From NCBI GenBank assembly GCA_021783515.1, contig JAJXTV010000010.1, forward strand, positions 29,053-93,052: a stretch of 64,000 bases of DNA, read 5' to 3'. This DNA is from Nitrospirota bacterium. Its GTDB lineage: Bacteria > Nitrospirota > Thermodesulfovibrionia > Thermodesulfovibrionales > UBA6898. A model generated the notes under the pieces. It was not told the DNA's origin. It ran no database searches and worked only from the letters and a program-made list of their open reading frames with translations. The stretch's first letter is position 1; every line of letters starts with the position of its first letter. The position numbers and the translations under genes are program-made. This document shows, piece by piece, positions 43,422 through 52,562 of the stretch.

Positions 43422-45722
43422 ATGAGCCTGCGCGTAAAAATTCTGCTTCCTCTGCTGGCGCTGAGCGGACTGCTCGTCGTCTATCTGTACGGGTACTGGA
43501 TGCCTCGTTCACTGGAAAATATCGAAAGGAGGCATTTGGTCTCGGTCGAGCGGCATGTCGACAGCGTCGCCGAGGCGATCGTCCCTCTCCTGCTTGCGCG
43601 CGAACTCGACACCATCTATGAAAATCTGAACGCGCTGATGAATAGAAATTCCGACTGGGTGGGCATACAATTGACGGACTCGGGCGGCAGGAGGATATAT
43701 CCGCTTCAGGCGGCCGCGCCTGCGCCTCGGGGCAGCGCCCCGGACGATATCCATCGCATAGAGCGGCAGATCAGCTATCTCGGGATGCCGTTGGGGAAGC
43801 TATTCGTGATGGTCGACTTCGGGCCAAGGCTCCTGGCGATGAGGGAGCGGCAGCAGGAGCTCATGGGCATCTTGCTGCTTGTCGTCGTCAGCTATGCGGC
43901 GATTACCGGTCTTGTACTGGACCGGTCTGCCCGAAGACCGATCAATCTTCTCGCCCATGCGTCAAAAAGACTCGCCGAAGGGGATTTTTCGGCGGGCCTG
44001 CCAGCGCCGGGCGGGGACGAGGTGGGCGTCCTGGTGAACAGTTTCCGGAGCATGAGAGATGCGATCAGAAGCTACCAGGAGGAGTTGCGGGTAGCGAATT
44101 CATACAACCGCAGCCTCATTGAGGCGAGCCTCGATCCCCTGGTGACGATCGGGCCCGATGGGAAAATCACTGACGTGAATTCTTCGACGGAAGGTGTGAC
44201 GGGATGCGGCCGGGGCGAGCTGATTGGCACTGATTTTTCGGATTATTTTACCGAGCCTGAGAAGGCGAGGGAAGGGTATCGGCGGGTCTTCAGGGAGGGC
44301 GCAGTCCGCGACTACGCGCTTGAGATCAGGCAGAGGGAAGGCCCCGTTGTCCCTGTTCTGTATAATGCCTCGGTGTACCGCAATGAGACAGGGGACGTTA
44401 TCGGCGTGTTTGCCGCCGCCCGGGACATTACCGAGCTCAGGAAGTCGGAGGGGGAGCTGGAGAGGATCACCCAGAGGAACGAGATGATCCTTAATTCGGC
44501 CGGCGAGGGGATCTACGGGACCGATGTCGAAGGGAACCTGCTATTTATCAACCCATCCGCCGCGATGATGCTCGGGTATGGAGAGGAGGAGGTCATCGGA
44601 AAGAACAGTCATCTTCTCTTTCACCACTCAAAGGCGGACGGGACACGGTATCCTTTTGATGAATGTCCGCTCCACAAGTCCCTCAGTCATGGAGAGGTGA
44701 GCCGGGGACGGGAAGAAGTGTTCTGGACCAGGGGGGGGAAGAGATTCGACGTCGAGCATGTCAGCACTCCTCTTGTCGAGAGCGGCAATATTGTCGGGGC
44801 CGTAGTCGTCTTCAGGGATATTACCGACCGCAAGCGCATGGAGGCTGAGCTTCGCATGCTTAACGAGGAGCTGGAGGAGCGCGTGAAAGAGCGCACGGCT
44901 GATCTCCAAAAGAAGAGCGCGGAGCTTCAGGAGAGCCAGCGCGTCCTGGTGGATCTCGTCAAAGATCTCAACCTCAAGACAACGGAGCTGGAGCAGGCGA
45001 ACTCCAGACTCAAGGAGCTCGATACGCTCAAGTCGATGTTTATCGCGAGCATGAGCCATGAATTGAGGACGCCGCTTAATTCCATAATCGGTTTTTCGAG
45101 CATCCTTCTGGACGAATGGACAGGCACGGTGACCGCCGAGCAGAAGGAGAACCTTGCCACTATTTTGAGATCGGGCAGGCACCTTCTCGCCCTCATCAAC
45201 GACGTGATCGACGTATCGAAGGTGGAGGCGGGGATCGTCCAAAGGCAGGTTGAAGAGTTCGATTTGTACGTAGTAATAGAGGAGGCCGCTTCGACGCTGG
45301 CGAAGGAAATAAAGGACAAGGGGCTGTACCTGAAGGTGGAGGCGGTGCATCAGCAGATGAGCTCGGACAGGCGGAGGCTCCTCCAATGCGTCTTGAACCT
45401 GATCAGCAACGCCGTCAAATTCACCGAACAGGGCGGCATCACCGTCGTGGCGCGCATCGTCGGACCCGGGGGAGACGGACGGACCGTCGAAATCTCGGTA
45501 ATCGACAGCGGCGTCGGGATCAAAGAAGAGGACCTGTCGAAGCTGTTTCGGGCCTTCTCGCGGCTTGAGTCGCCGCTGAAGACGAGGGTGCCGGGGACCG
45601 GCTTGGGGCTATACCTTACCAAGAAACTGCTGGAAGAGGTCCTGGAAGGAGAGATACTATGTATGAGCGGGCAGAAGGAGGGCAGCTGCTTTGTGATGAG
45701 GGTGCCGGTGAGGATTGAATGA
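43422..45722 (+). CDS. Membrane sensor histidine kinase (HAMP, two PAS, HisKA, HATPase)
   Basis: N-terminal TM helix, HAMP (PINLLAHASKRLAEGDF), two PAS domains, the H-box SHELRTPLNSI and the G-boxes DSGVGI and GTGLGL. Confidence 0.85.
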   Translation: MSLRVKILLPLLALSGLLVVYLYGYWMPRSLENIERRHLVSVERHVDSVAEAIVPLLLARELDTIYENLNALMNRNSDWVGIQLTDSGGRRIYPLQAAAPAPRGSAPDDIHRIERQISYLGMPLGKLFVMVDFGPRLLAMRERQQELMGILLLVVVSYAAITGLVLDRSARRPINLLAHASKRLAEGDFSAGLPAPGGDEVGVLVNSFRSMRDAIRSYQEELRVANSYNRSLIEASLDPLVTIGPDGKITDVNSSTEGVTGCGRGELIGTDFSDYFTEPEKAREGYRRVFREGAVRDYALEIRQREGPVVPVLYNASVYRNETGDVIGVFAAARDITELRKSEGELERITQRNEMILNSAGEGIYGTDVEGNLLFINPSAAMMLGYGEEEVIGKNSHLLFHHSKADGTRYPFDECPLHKSLSHGEVSRGREEVFWTRGGKRFDVEHVSTPLVESGNIVGAVVVFRDITDRKRMEAELRMLNEELEERVKERTADLQKKSAELQESQRVLVDLVKDLNLKTTELEQANSRLKELDTLKSMFIASMSHELRTPLNSIIGFSSILLDEWTGTVTAEQKENLATILRSGRHLLALINDVIDVSKVEAGIVQRQVEEFDLYVVIEEAASTLAKEIKDKGLYLKVEAVHQQMSSDRRRLLQCVLNLISNAVKFTEQGGITVVARIVGPGGDGRTVEISVIDSGVGIKEEDLSKLFRAFSRLESPLKTRVPGTGLGLYLTKKLLEEVLEGEILCMSGQKEGSCFVMRVPVRIE

Positions 45723-46087
45723 ACAGGGTCCTTGTAGTCGAAGACAACAAAGATAATCTGCAGCTGCTCACCTATGCGCTGAGGAGAGGAGGGTATGAGG
45801 TGATCGCGGCGGAGACCGGCGAGAACGGCGTGGAGGCCGCCATCCGGGAGCGGCCTTTCTTCATCCTGATGGACATCGACCTTCCGGGGATCGACGGGCT
45901 CGAGGCGACAAGGCGGATAAGGAATTCCGAGACCGACGGCAGCATTCCCATCATCGCCATAACCTCCTACGCGATGCGGGGCGACATGGAGCGGGTGATT
46001 CAGGCAGGCTGTAACGGCTACTTCGAAAAACCGATAGACCCCCTTACGATCGTCGGCAGGATCCATGCGGTTCTGGGGATGACATGA
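45719..46087 (+). CDS. Single-domain response regulator (CheY-like)
   Basis: 122 aa. VLVVEDNKDN...FILMDIDLPGIDG...PIIAITSYAM...K. The start overlaps the upstream stop. Confidence 0.85.
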   Translation: MNRVLVVEDNKDNLQLLTYALRRGGYEVIAAETGENGVEAAIRERPFFILMDIDLPGIDGLEATRRIRNSETDGSIPIIAITSYAMRGDMERVIQAGCNGYFEKPIDPLTIVGRIHAVLGMT

Positions 46088-46088
46088 G

Positions 46089-48488
46089 ATGAGGGTATTG
46101 ATCGTAGATGACGGCAAAGACGTCAGGCGGCTCCTCCGGTATATTGTCGAGAAGAAGGGACATGATCCGGTCGAGGCCGAGGACGGGCTGGAAGGACTGA
46201 GGGCGGCTAAACTCCACATGCCGGACCTGATCATCTCGGACGCCCTTATGCCGGTGATGGACGGCTTTCAGTTCCTGAAGGCGGTCAAGGAGGACGAGCG
46301 GCTGAGACACATTCCCTTTATATTCTATTCGGCCGTATACAAGGAGGACAAAGACGTCGATCTTGCGCTGGCCCTCGGTGCCGAGGGATATATCATCAAG
46401 CCGAAGGAGCCCTCCGATCTGTGGGAGGAGGTGGAAATCATCCTCCAGGGACAAAAGCGCGAGAAGGTCATCACCCCCGAGCTCATTACCGAGGAGGGCG
46501 ATTACCTGAAACGGTACAGCCAGGTAGTCGCGGCGAAGCTCGAGGAAAAAATCGCCGAGCTCGAAAAGGAGATTTCCGAGCGCGGACGGGCCGAAGAGGA
46601 CCTGAAGAAATCGAACGAGCTGCTCGAGCGAATCTTCTCTACGACCCATATCTTGATCGCATATCTGGACAGGGAATTCAATTTCATCAGGGTGAACAGG
46701 GCGTATGCCGAGGCTGACGGCCGCGCCCCGGCGTTTTTTATAGGGAAGAACCACTTTGCCCTCTATCCGGATGAAGAGAATGAGGCAATCTTCCGGAGGG
46801 TCGTCGAAACCGGAGAGCCCTTCGCCGTCTCTGAGAAGCCCTTCTCGTACCCTGAACACCCTGAACGCGGCGTCACGTACTGGGACTGGAGCGTCGTGCC
46901 GGTGCGGGACGGCGCCGGGAATGTCGAATCCCTTATCTTTTCTCTCAAGGACGTTACCGAACGGAGAAGGGCCGAAGAAAAGAACCGCAGACTGGCGGCC
47001 ATCGTCCAGTCATCCGACGACGGCATCATCGGAAAGACCCTGGATGGCACCATCCTCAGCTGGAACAAAGGCGCCGAGAGGATTTACGGGTATACCGAGG
47101 AAGAGGTGAAGGGACGCCCCATTTCGATCCTCGTCCCCGACGATCATATGCACGATCTGTCGGATATCCTCGATAAAGTCAGTCGGGGAGAATCGGTAGA
47201 ACGGCTTGAGACGGTCCGCGCAAGAAAGGACGGAAGCAGGGTTTACGTCTCTTTGACCGTTTCTCCGGTACGGGACGCCGCCGGCAAGATCGTGGGCGCA
47301 TCGACCATCGCCCGGGATGTCACGGAGCGGAAGAAGCTGGAGGACCAGCTCCGGCATGCCCAGAAGATGGAGGCGGTGGGGACGCTGGCAAGCGGCATTG
47401 CGCATGACTTCAATAATATACTGTCCGCAGTGATCGGGTATGCGGACCTTCTTTTGTTGAAGATGGCAGAGGGAGACCCCATGAGACGGGATGCGGAGGA
47501 GATCCTTGCCGCCGCCGACCGGGCAACTCAATTGGCGCGCAGCCTTCTCGCCTTCAGCAGAAAACAGGAGATGCATCCGAGGCGTGTCGATCTGAACGGG
47601 CTTATCTGCGGGGTCGAGAAGTTTCTCGGGAGGGTGATAGGAGAGGATATCGAGCTGAAGACGGCACTGAGTGAAGAACCCCTGGACGTAAAAGCCGACA
47701 GCGGCCACATGGAGCAGGTGCTAATGAACATTGCCGTCAACGCCAGGGACGCGATGCCTGACGGCGGCAGGCTGGCGATCGAGACGAGACGGATCGATCT
47801 TGACGAGGACTTCGTCAAGCTGCACGGCTACGGCAGCCCGGGACCTTACGCTCTTCTATCCTTAACGGACTCGGGCTCGGGCATGGATGAAGAAACGGCG
47901 AAGCGGATATTCGAGCCTTTTTTCACCACGAAGGAGCCCGGCAAGGGCACCGGACTGGGTTTGGCGATCGCATACGGAATTATAAAGCAGCATGGCGGCT
48001 GCATTAATGTCTACAGCGAGCCGGGCGAGGGGACAACGTTCAGGATTTATCTGCCCCTTGTTTCTTCGGCGGAAGAGGCGGAGGCCGGGACGACGATTGC
48101 GCCTCCTCCCCGGTCCCTTGGGGCCGAGACGATACTCGTTGCCGAAGATGACGGCGCGGTGCGGAAGCTTGTCGGGACGGTGCTCTCGCAGTTCGGCTAT
48201 AACGTGATCGACGCCGAAGACGGGGAAGAAGCGATATCCAAATTCAGGGAGAACAGCGAGGCGGTCCGTCTCGTCATCCTGGACATGATCATGCCGAAGA
48301 AGAACGGTAAAGAGGCGTTCGAGGAGATCAGAAAGATCCGGCCGGGGATAAAGGTACTGTTTGCAAGCGGGTACACGGAAGAGAGGGCGCGCAGCGAGGC
48401 TCTCGCGGGGGAAGGATGCGACTTTATCGTGAAGCCGGCGGCACCGAGGGAGCTTCTCACGAAGATACGCGCGCTTCTCGACCGGTAG
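46089..48488 (+). CDS. Hybrid sensor kinase (REC, PAS, PAS, HisKA, HATPase, REC)
   Basis: N-terminal REC (LIVDDGKD...DLIISDALMPVMDG), two PAS domains, the H-box IAHDFNNIL, HATPase motifs and a C-terminal REC (ILVAEDDGAV...LVILDMIMPKKNG). Confidence 0.85.
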   Translation: MRVLIVDDGKDVRRLLRYIVEKKGHDPVEAEDGLEGLRAAKLHMPDLIISDALMPVMDGFQFLKAVKEDERLRHIPFIFYSAVYKEDKDVDLALALGAEGYIIKPKEPSDLWEEVEIILQGQKREKVITPELITEEGDYLKRYSQVVAAKLEEKIAELEKEISERGRAEEDLKKSNELLERIFSTTHILIAYLDREFNFIRVNRAYAEADGRAPAFFIGKNHFALYPDEENEAIFRRVVETGEPFAVSEKPFSYPEHPERGVTYWDWSVVPVRDGAGNVESLIFSLKDVTERRRAEEKNRRLAAIVQSSDDGIIGKTLDGTILSWNKGAERIYGYTEEEVKGRPISILVPDDHMHDLSDILDKVSRGESVERLETVRARKDGSRVYVSLTVSPVRDAAGKIVGASTIARDVTERKKLEDQLRHAQKMEAVGTLASGIAHDFNNILSAVIGYADLLLLKMAEGDPMRRDAEEILAAADRATQLARSLLAFSRKQEMHPRRVDLNGLICGVEKFLGRVIGEDIELKTALSEEPLDVKADSGHMEQVLMNIAVNARDAMPDGGRLAIETRRIDLDEDFVKLHGYGSPGPYALLSLTDSGSGMDEETAKRIFEPFFTTKEPGKGTGLGLAIAYGIIKQHGGCINVYSEPGEGTTFRIYLPLVSSAEEAEAGTTIAPPPRSLGAETILVAEDDGAVRKLVGTVLSQFGYNVIDAEDGEEAISKFRENSEAVRLVILDMIMPKKNGKEAFEEIRKIRPGIKVLFASGYTEERARSEALAGEGCDFIVKPAAPRELLTKIRALLDR

Positions 48489-48578
48489 GTGCCTGCCTTC
48501 TGCCGTATGACGCCCGTCATACCCCTTTGTACCGATTCCTCCTATACTGAATTCAAGAACAGACGTGAGGAGGATGAC

Positions 48579-48803
48579 ATGAACGCGACAAGAAAACCGG
48601 TTACGAAGGATTCGGTCATTGGGGACGTGATACGGGAGCACCCCGGGGCGAGGGACGTAATACAGAAGTATTTCGGAGGCGGATGTTTCACCTGTCCCGG
48701 CATCAACATGGAGTCGATCTCGTTCGGCTCGATGATGCATAACCTCGACCCCGAGAAGGTCGTCAAAGAGATCAACGGTCTACCGGATGCGCCTGACGTG
48801 TAG
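48579..48803 (+). CDS. DUF1858-like small redox/disulfide-domain protein
   Basis: Internal ATG after GAGGAGGA. 74 aa: ...VIGDVIREHPGARDVIQKYFGGGCFTCPG... Confidence 0.5.
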   Translation: MNATRKPVTKDSVIGDVIREHPGARDVIQKYFGGGCFTCPGINMESISFGSMMHNLDPEKVVKEINGLPDAPDV

Positions 48804-49091
48804 AGGCGCTGCACTTCCCGACGGCTATGAGGGAGCATTTACCCTAGCGGTGCATGCCGGAGGGAAGGGCGTCCCTCAAATCATTTTTGATGCGATAGGA
48901 TTTGGCGTAGCATGGCGTCAAGAATGCAGGAGATCACTGAAAGGTATGTCCCGAGTGTGAGCTGCGGAGGTGGCTTCCGATGCCGCAAGGAATCGCGGCA
49001 AAAGACTTTTTGGGCCACCCTCCCCGCCTCTGCGGCAATATTTGGACAAATGCAAACATTTACACTTGCAAATTAAAGAGGAGGATAGATC

Positions 49092-49220
49092 ATGACTGCG
49101 AAATGTTTTGTCTGCGGAGCTACCGATAAAGAAAGGGTGTGTCTGCAGTGTGTAACCGAGGGAGTTGAAAAGTTCGTCTGTGTGAGGTGTCTGCCTATGC
49201 TCATTCACGGCGGACAGTGA
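49092..49220 (+). CDS. Unlisted 42-aa Cys-rich (three CxxC) zinc-ribbon-like ORF
   Basis: ATG at 49092, 7 nt after AGAGGAGGA. It encodes MTAKCFVCGATDKERVCLQCVTEGVEKFVCVRCLPMLIHGGQ. It is below the length cut-off of the ORF track. Confidence 0.4.
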   Translation: MTAKCFVCGATDKERVCLQCVTEGVEKFVCVRCLPMLIHGGQ

Positions 49221-49346
49221 TTGGCGGACAGTGGCTACAGTCTTCGGGGGCCGCAGCAAAAGCATTTCGGGCTGCTATGACCTCCCGTAGCGGCGCTCCT
49301 CCTTCCTGACCGCATTAAACCGGGACGGAAATGTTACTATTTCCCG

Positions 49347-50249
49347 ATGCGGAGAATCGGCGTGCATACATCGATAGCCGGAGGGCTGCCGGCAAGCTTC
49401 GAAAGGGCGAGGGCGCTCGGCTGTTCGGCTTTTCAGATATTCTCCCATAATCCCCGCGGATGGGCACTCACGCGGCGTGCGGAGGGGGAGATAGCCGCCT
49501 TCCGGAAGATGGCAGGAGATTTCGACATAAGCCCGGTCGTTATCCATACGTCCTATCTGATCAATATGGCCTCCGGCGCCCCCGCTCTTTGGAGAAGGTC
49601 TGTCGACATGGTCGCCGAAGAGATGGAGATTGCAGATTCCATCGGCGCCCGGTATGTTGTTCTCCACACCGGCAGCGCCTCGGGCGACGAGCCTGCCGGG
49701 GCGAGAAAGAGGGCGGCAGCCGGCCTTGCCGAGGTTGCCGGCAGAGGTAAATGGCGCGCGGGTCTCTTGCTCGAAAATACGGCGGGTGAGCGGGGCGATA
49801 TTGCTTCGAAGATAGGGGAAATGGCGGACATAGTGGACCGCGTTCCTTCCGGTCTCATAGCAGGGATATGTCTTGACACGTGCCATGCCTTCGCCGCAGG
49901 GTACGATATTGCTTCCCGGGATGGCCTTGCAATTCTGGCCGGCGAGATCAGGAAACACCTGGGTAAACGCAGCCTCAGGCTTATCCATCTGAACGATTCG
50001 AAGGGGGTCCTTTCTTCCGGGCTCGACAGGCACGAGCACATAGGAGAGGGCAGGATAGGCATCGAAGGGTTCAAGCGGTTCCTCGGAGAGCCTTTTTTTT
50101 CCGGAGTCCCGCTGATTCTCGAAACACCGAAGAAGACAGAGGAGGACGACCCAAGGAACCTCCGGGTGGTGAGAGGCCTGCTGGAAGAGACGGCTTCTTC
50201 AGATGACAGCACTTCCGGCGTCGTGAAGAGCCGGCATGACGCTTTGTGA
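49347..50249 (+). CDS. nfo: Endonuclease IV (AP endonuclease, TIM barrel)
   Basis: MRRIGVHTSIAGG..., VIHTSYLINMAS, VVLHTGS, LLENTAG, GICLDTCHAFAAGYD and IHLNDSK. Confidence 0.85.
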   Translation: MRRIGVHTSIAGGLPASFERARALGCSAFQIFSHNPRGWALTRRAEGEIAAFRKMAGDFDISPVVIHTSYLINMASGAPALWRRSVDMVAEEMEIADSIGARYVVLHTGSASGDEPAGARKRAAAGLAEVAGRGKWRAGLLLENTAGERGDIASKIGEMADIVDRVPSGLIAGICLDTCHAFAAGYDIASRDGLAILAGEIRKHLGKRSLRLIHLNDSKGVLSSGLDRHEHIGEGRIGIEGFKRFLGEPFFSGVPLILETPKKTEEDDPRNLRVVRGLLEETASSDDSTSGVVKSRHDAL

Positions 50250-50678
50250 AATCCGGACCTTTCCCTATAGTTCCGGCGCTATAGCGGATCTGACGGCCGC
50301 AGGACCACAATCTTCTTCGGCCCCCGCCGGGCCTCGCTGTTAAAATACCCTTTTTATACAGGGCAATTTCATGGTAACGTTTACTGATAAGCCCTCCAGA
50401 GTTATCTCTCGCGCTGCATAAATATCGTCACGGAGGCTCTTTCCGGCTGTATGCAACGTTAGGGTTATCATCTGTGAATGATTGTTCAAGTTCTGGAACA
50501 GTTGTATCCTCAACCTATCTTATACTTCAATATATTAAGCTTATCCGTTTCTATTTCAGATTCCTTCGTAGCTATTTCACGCTTACTTGTTACAACATAA
50601 TGCCAGCTTCGTTTACCTGAAAAACAGAAATGTTATTAAAATGAATTTTGTTGTTGACAAAGTCAATTATTTTGTTGT

Positions 50679-51263
50679 ATGGTTATAAACATAATGTCAA
50701 AGCAGGCAAGAGATACACTAAAAAGTTTGTTCTCCTCGGCGATCAGGGCCGATCTGCTTGCCCTCCTCCTTAATAACCCTGACGAGAAATTCTATGTAAG
50801 AGAAATGGCTACCCTGCTGAGAAAGAACCCTTCCGGGGTGAAGAGGGAACTGGACAACCTCGAAAAAATGGGGATAGTAACGAGCAAGAAGGTAGCGAAT
50901 CTGAAATATTTCCAGGCCGAAAAGAAATCCCCTCTTTTTTCTGAGCTTAAGAGTCTGATTGCGAAGTCTCTCGGCGCTGGAGGGGCTCTCAAGGCCCTCC
51001 TAAAGACTTCGGGTGCGAAGATCGCGTTCATTTATGGCCCTTATGCCGAGAGCGAAGATGCGGAAACGGTCGACCTGTTGATTGTCGGCGTTTCAGCCGC
51101 TCTGAATATTGAGGGGCTTAAAGATATAGAGGAAAAGTTCGGGAAGAAGATCAATGCTACCATCATAGACGAGAGCGGCTTCAAGGCTAAAAAGGATGGA
51201 GCGGATCCCGAATTCGAGAAGCTCCTGTCAGGCAACAAGATTTTGCTGACAGGGAAGCTTTAA
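50679..51263 (+). CDS. Winged-helix (ArsR-like) regulator fused to a degenerate minimal nucleotidyltransferase-like domain
   Basis: wHTH: RADLLALLLNNPDEKFYVREMATLLRKNPSGVKRELDNLEKMGIV. The C-terminus has AFIYGPYAESEDAETVDLLIVG, which resembles the MNT motif FGSYARG...D.DLLVV. The ATG at 50694 is an alternative start. Confidence 0.55.
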   Translation: MVINIMSKQARDTLKSLFSSAIRADLLALLLNNPDEKFYVREMATLLRKNPSGVKRELDNLEKMGIVTSKKVANLKYFQAEKKSPLFSELKSLIAKSLGAGGALKALLKTSGAKIAFIYGPYAESEDAETVDLLIVGVSAALNIEGLKDIEEKFGKKINATIIDESGFKAKKDGADPEFEKLLSGNKILLTGKL

Positions 51264-51308
51264 CTTAAACTTCCCCGGCCTCCCGGGGATGGAAAGGTGG
51301 TGAAGAAG

Positions 51309-51392
51309 ATGGCAGTAAAGAAGGCAGCAGCTAAGAAGCCCGCAGCTAAGAAGGCAGCCCCGAAGAAGGCAGCAGCGAAGAAGAAGAAATAA
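51309..51392 (+). CDS. Unlisted 27-aa Lys/Ala-rich (histone H1-like) micro-ORF
   Basis: It encodes MAVKKAAAKKPAAKKAAPKKAAAKKKK, with a purine-rich stretch upstream, and is followed at once by a strong intrinsic terminator. Confidence 0.35.
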   Translation: MAVKKAAAKKPAAKKAAPKKAAAKKKK

Positions 51393-51414
51393 GTTAGGTT
51401 AAATAACTACTTAG

Positions 51415-51449
51415 GGCTGGAGAACCGTCATTCTCCAGCCTCTTTTTTT
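51415..51449 (+). terminator. Rho-independent terminator
   Basis: GGCTGGAGAA-ccgtca-TTCTCCAGCC (10-bp perfect stem), followed by CTCTTTTTTT. Confidence 0.8.
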
Positions 51450-51521
51450 GCGTTTATCTTAGCACAGATGACTGCAAATTGGGAAATTCTTTTCGGCTTT
51501 TTTTGTAACTAACTGATTTGT

Positions 51522-52418
51522 TTAAGCATTTATCTGCAGCAACGGACTGACCGATATCTTTTCTTCCACAATCAGGTCCCATGCCTCGGGGTAGGCGAGC
51601 AATTTTTTCAGGAATTTGATATTCGACGAATGCCCCGACTTGCTCGCTATGATATGACCATAGATCGGGAAGCCAAGTATCGCAAAATCGCCAATTAAGT
51701 CGAGAACTTTGTGGCGCACGAACTCGTCCTTGAAACGGAGACCCGAGGAATTCAGCACGCCGTTTTCGCCGAGTATCACGGCGTTATCGAGTGAGCCGCC
51801 CTTCGCGAGACCGTTTGTCCTGAGATACTCGATATCCTTGAGAAACCCGAAGGTCCTTGCCGGCGCAATTTCTCTGGCGAAGGCTTCTTCGTCGATTTCG
51901 AGGCTGAGTCTCTGCTCTCCAAAGCCGTAGTGATTGAAGAAGATGCTATAGGTGATTCGTCTGCCGTCATAGGGGAGCGCAGCGATCTTGGAATTGCCGT
52001 CGTCGAAAATGACCGGCCTCCTGATCCTCAGAAACGGTCTCTTCTTTCCCTGCTTGGCGATACCGGCCTGCAAGATGATGTTTATCAGTTCCGTCGAGCT
52101 TCCGTCGATTATCGGGATCTCGGGGCCGTTGACGTCGATGACGACATTGTCTATCCCCAGACCGGCGAGAGCAGCCATGATATGTTCTACTGTTCGTATC
52201 TTGGCGCCGTCCTGTCCTATCGTCGTGGCAAATGCCGTGTCGATGACGGAGCCGACGTGCGCCTTGATCACCGTGTTCTTGTCGCTCCGGATGAAAGTGA
52301 TGCCGGTGTCTCTCGAGGCAGGCTTCATCGTCACCTTCGCATGTCTTCCGGTGTGCAAGCCGATTCCCTCAAAGGATATCTCGTTCTTAATCGTTCTTTG
52401 TGAGCGCATAATAATCAA
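51522..52418 (-). CDS. lpxC: UDP-3-O-acyl-N-acetylglucosamine deacetylase
   Basis: QRTIKNEISFEGIGLHTG, TVEHIMAAL.GLGIDN and HKVLDLIGDF...H.SGH are LpxC hallmarks. Confidence 0.9.
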   Translation of the reverse strand: MIIMRSQRTIKNEISFEGIGLHTGRHAKVTMKPASRDTGITFIRSDKNTVIKAHVGSVIDTAFATTIGQDGAKIRTVEHIMAALAGLGIDNVVIDVNGPEIPIIDGSSTELINIILQAGIAKQGKKRPFLRIRRPVIFDDGNSKIAALPYDGRRITYSIFFNHYGFGEQRLSLEIDEEAFAREIAPARTFGFLKDIEYLRTNGLAKGGSLDNAVILGENGVLNSSGLRFKDEFVRHKVLDLIGDFAILGFPIYGHIIASKSGHSSNIKFLKKLLAYPEAWDLIVEEKISVSPLLQINA

Positions 52419-52562
52419 AATTTGATGAAAGCAATAATGGTGCCAGCTATTTATTTATATAATTTGAAGGGGTTTTCTCCTTGAGGTGTAGATAATTATC
52501 CTCAGCTGTACAAACCTCGACACAGTCGGAGGCCCGCATCGGTAAGACTCTGGGGGGGTCCG

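Noticed and set aside
50340-50640. Possible minus-strand gene in the AT-rich patch (…WHYVVTSKREIATKESEIETDKLNILKYKIG*)
   Set aside because: The frame is bounded by an upstream stop with no start codon, and the adjacent segments are in different frames. At most it is a decayed relic, so I did not call it as a feature.
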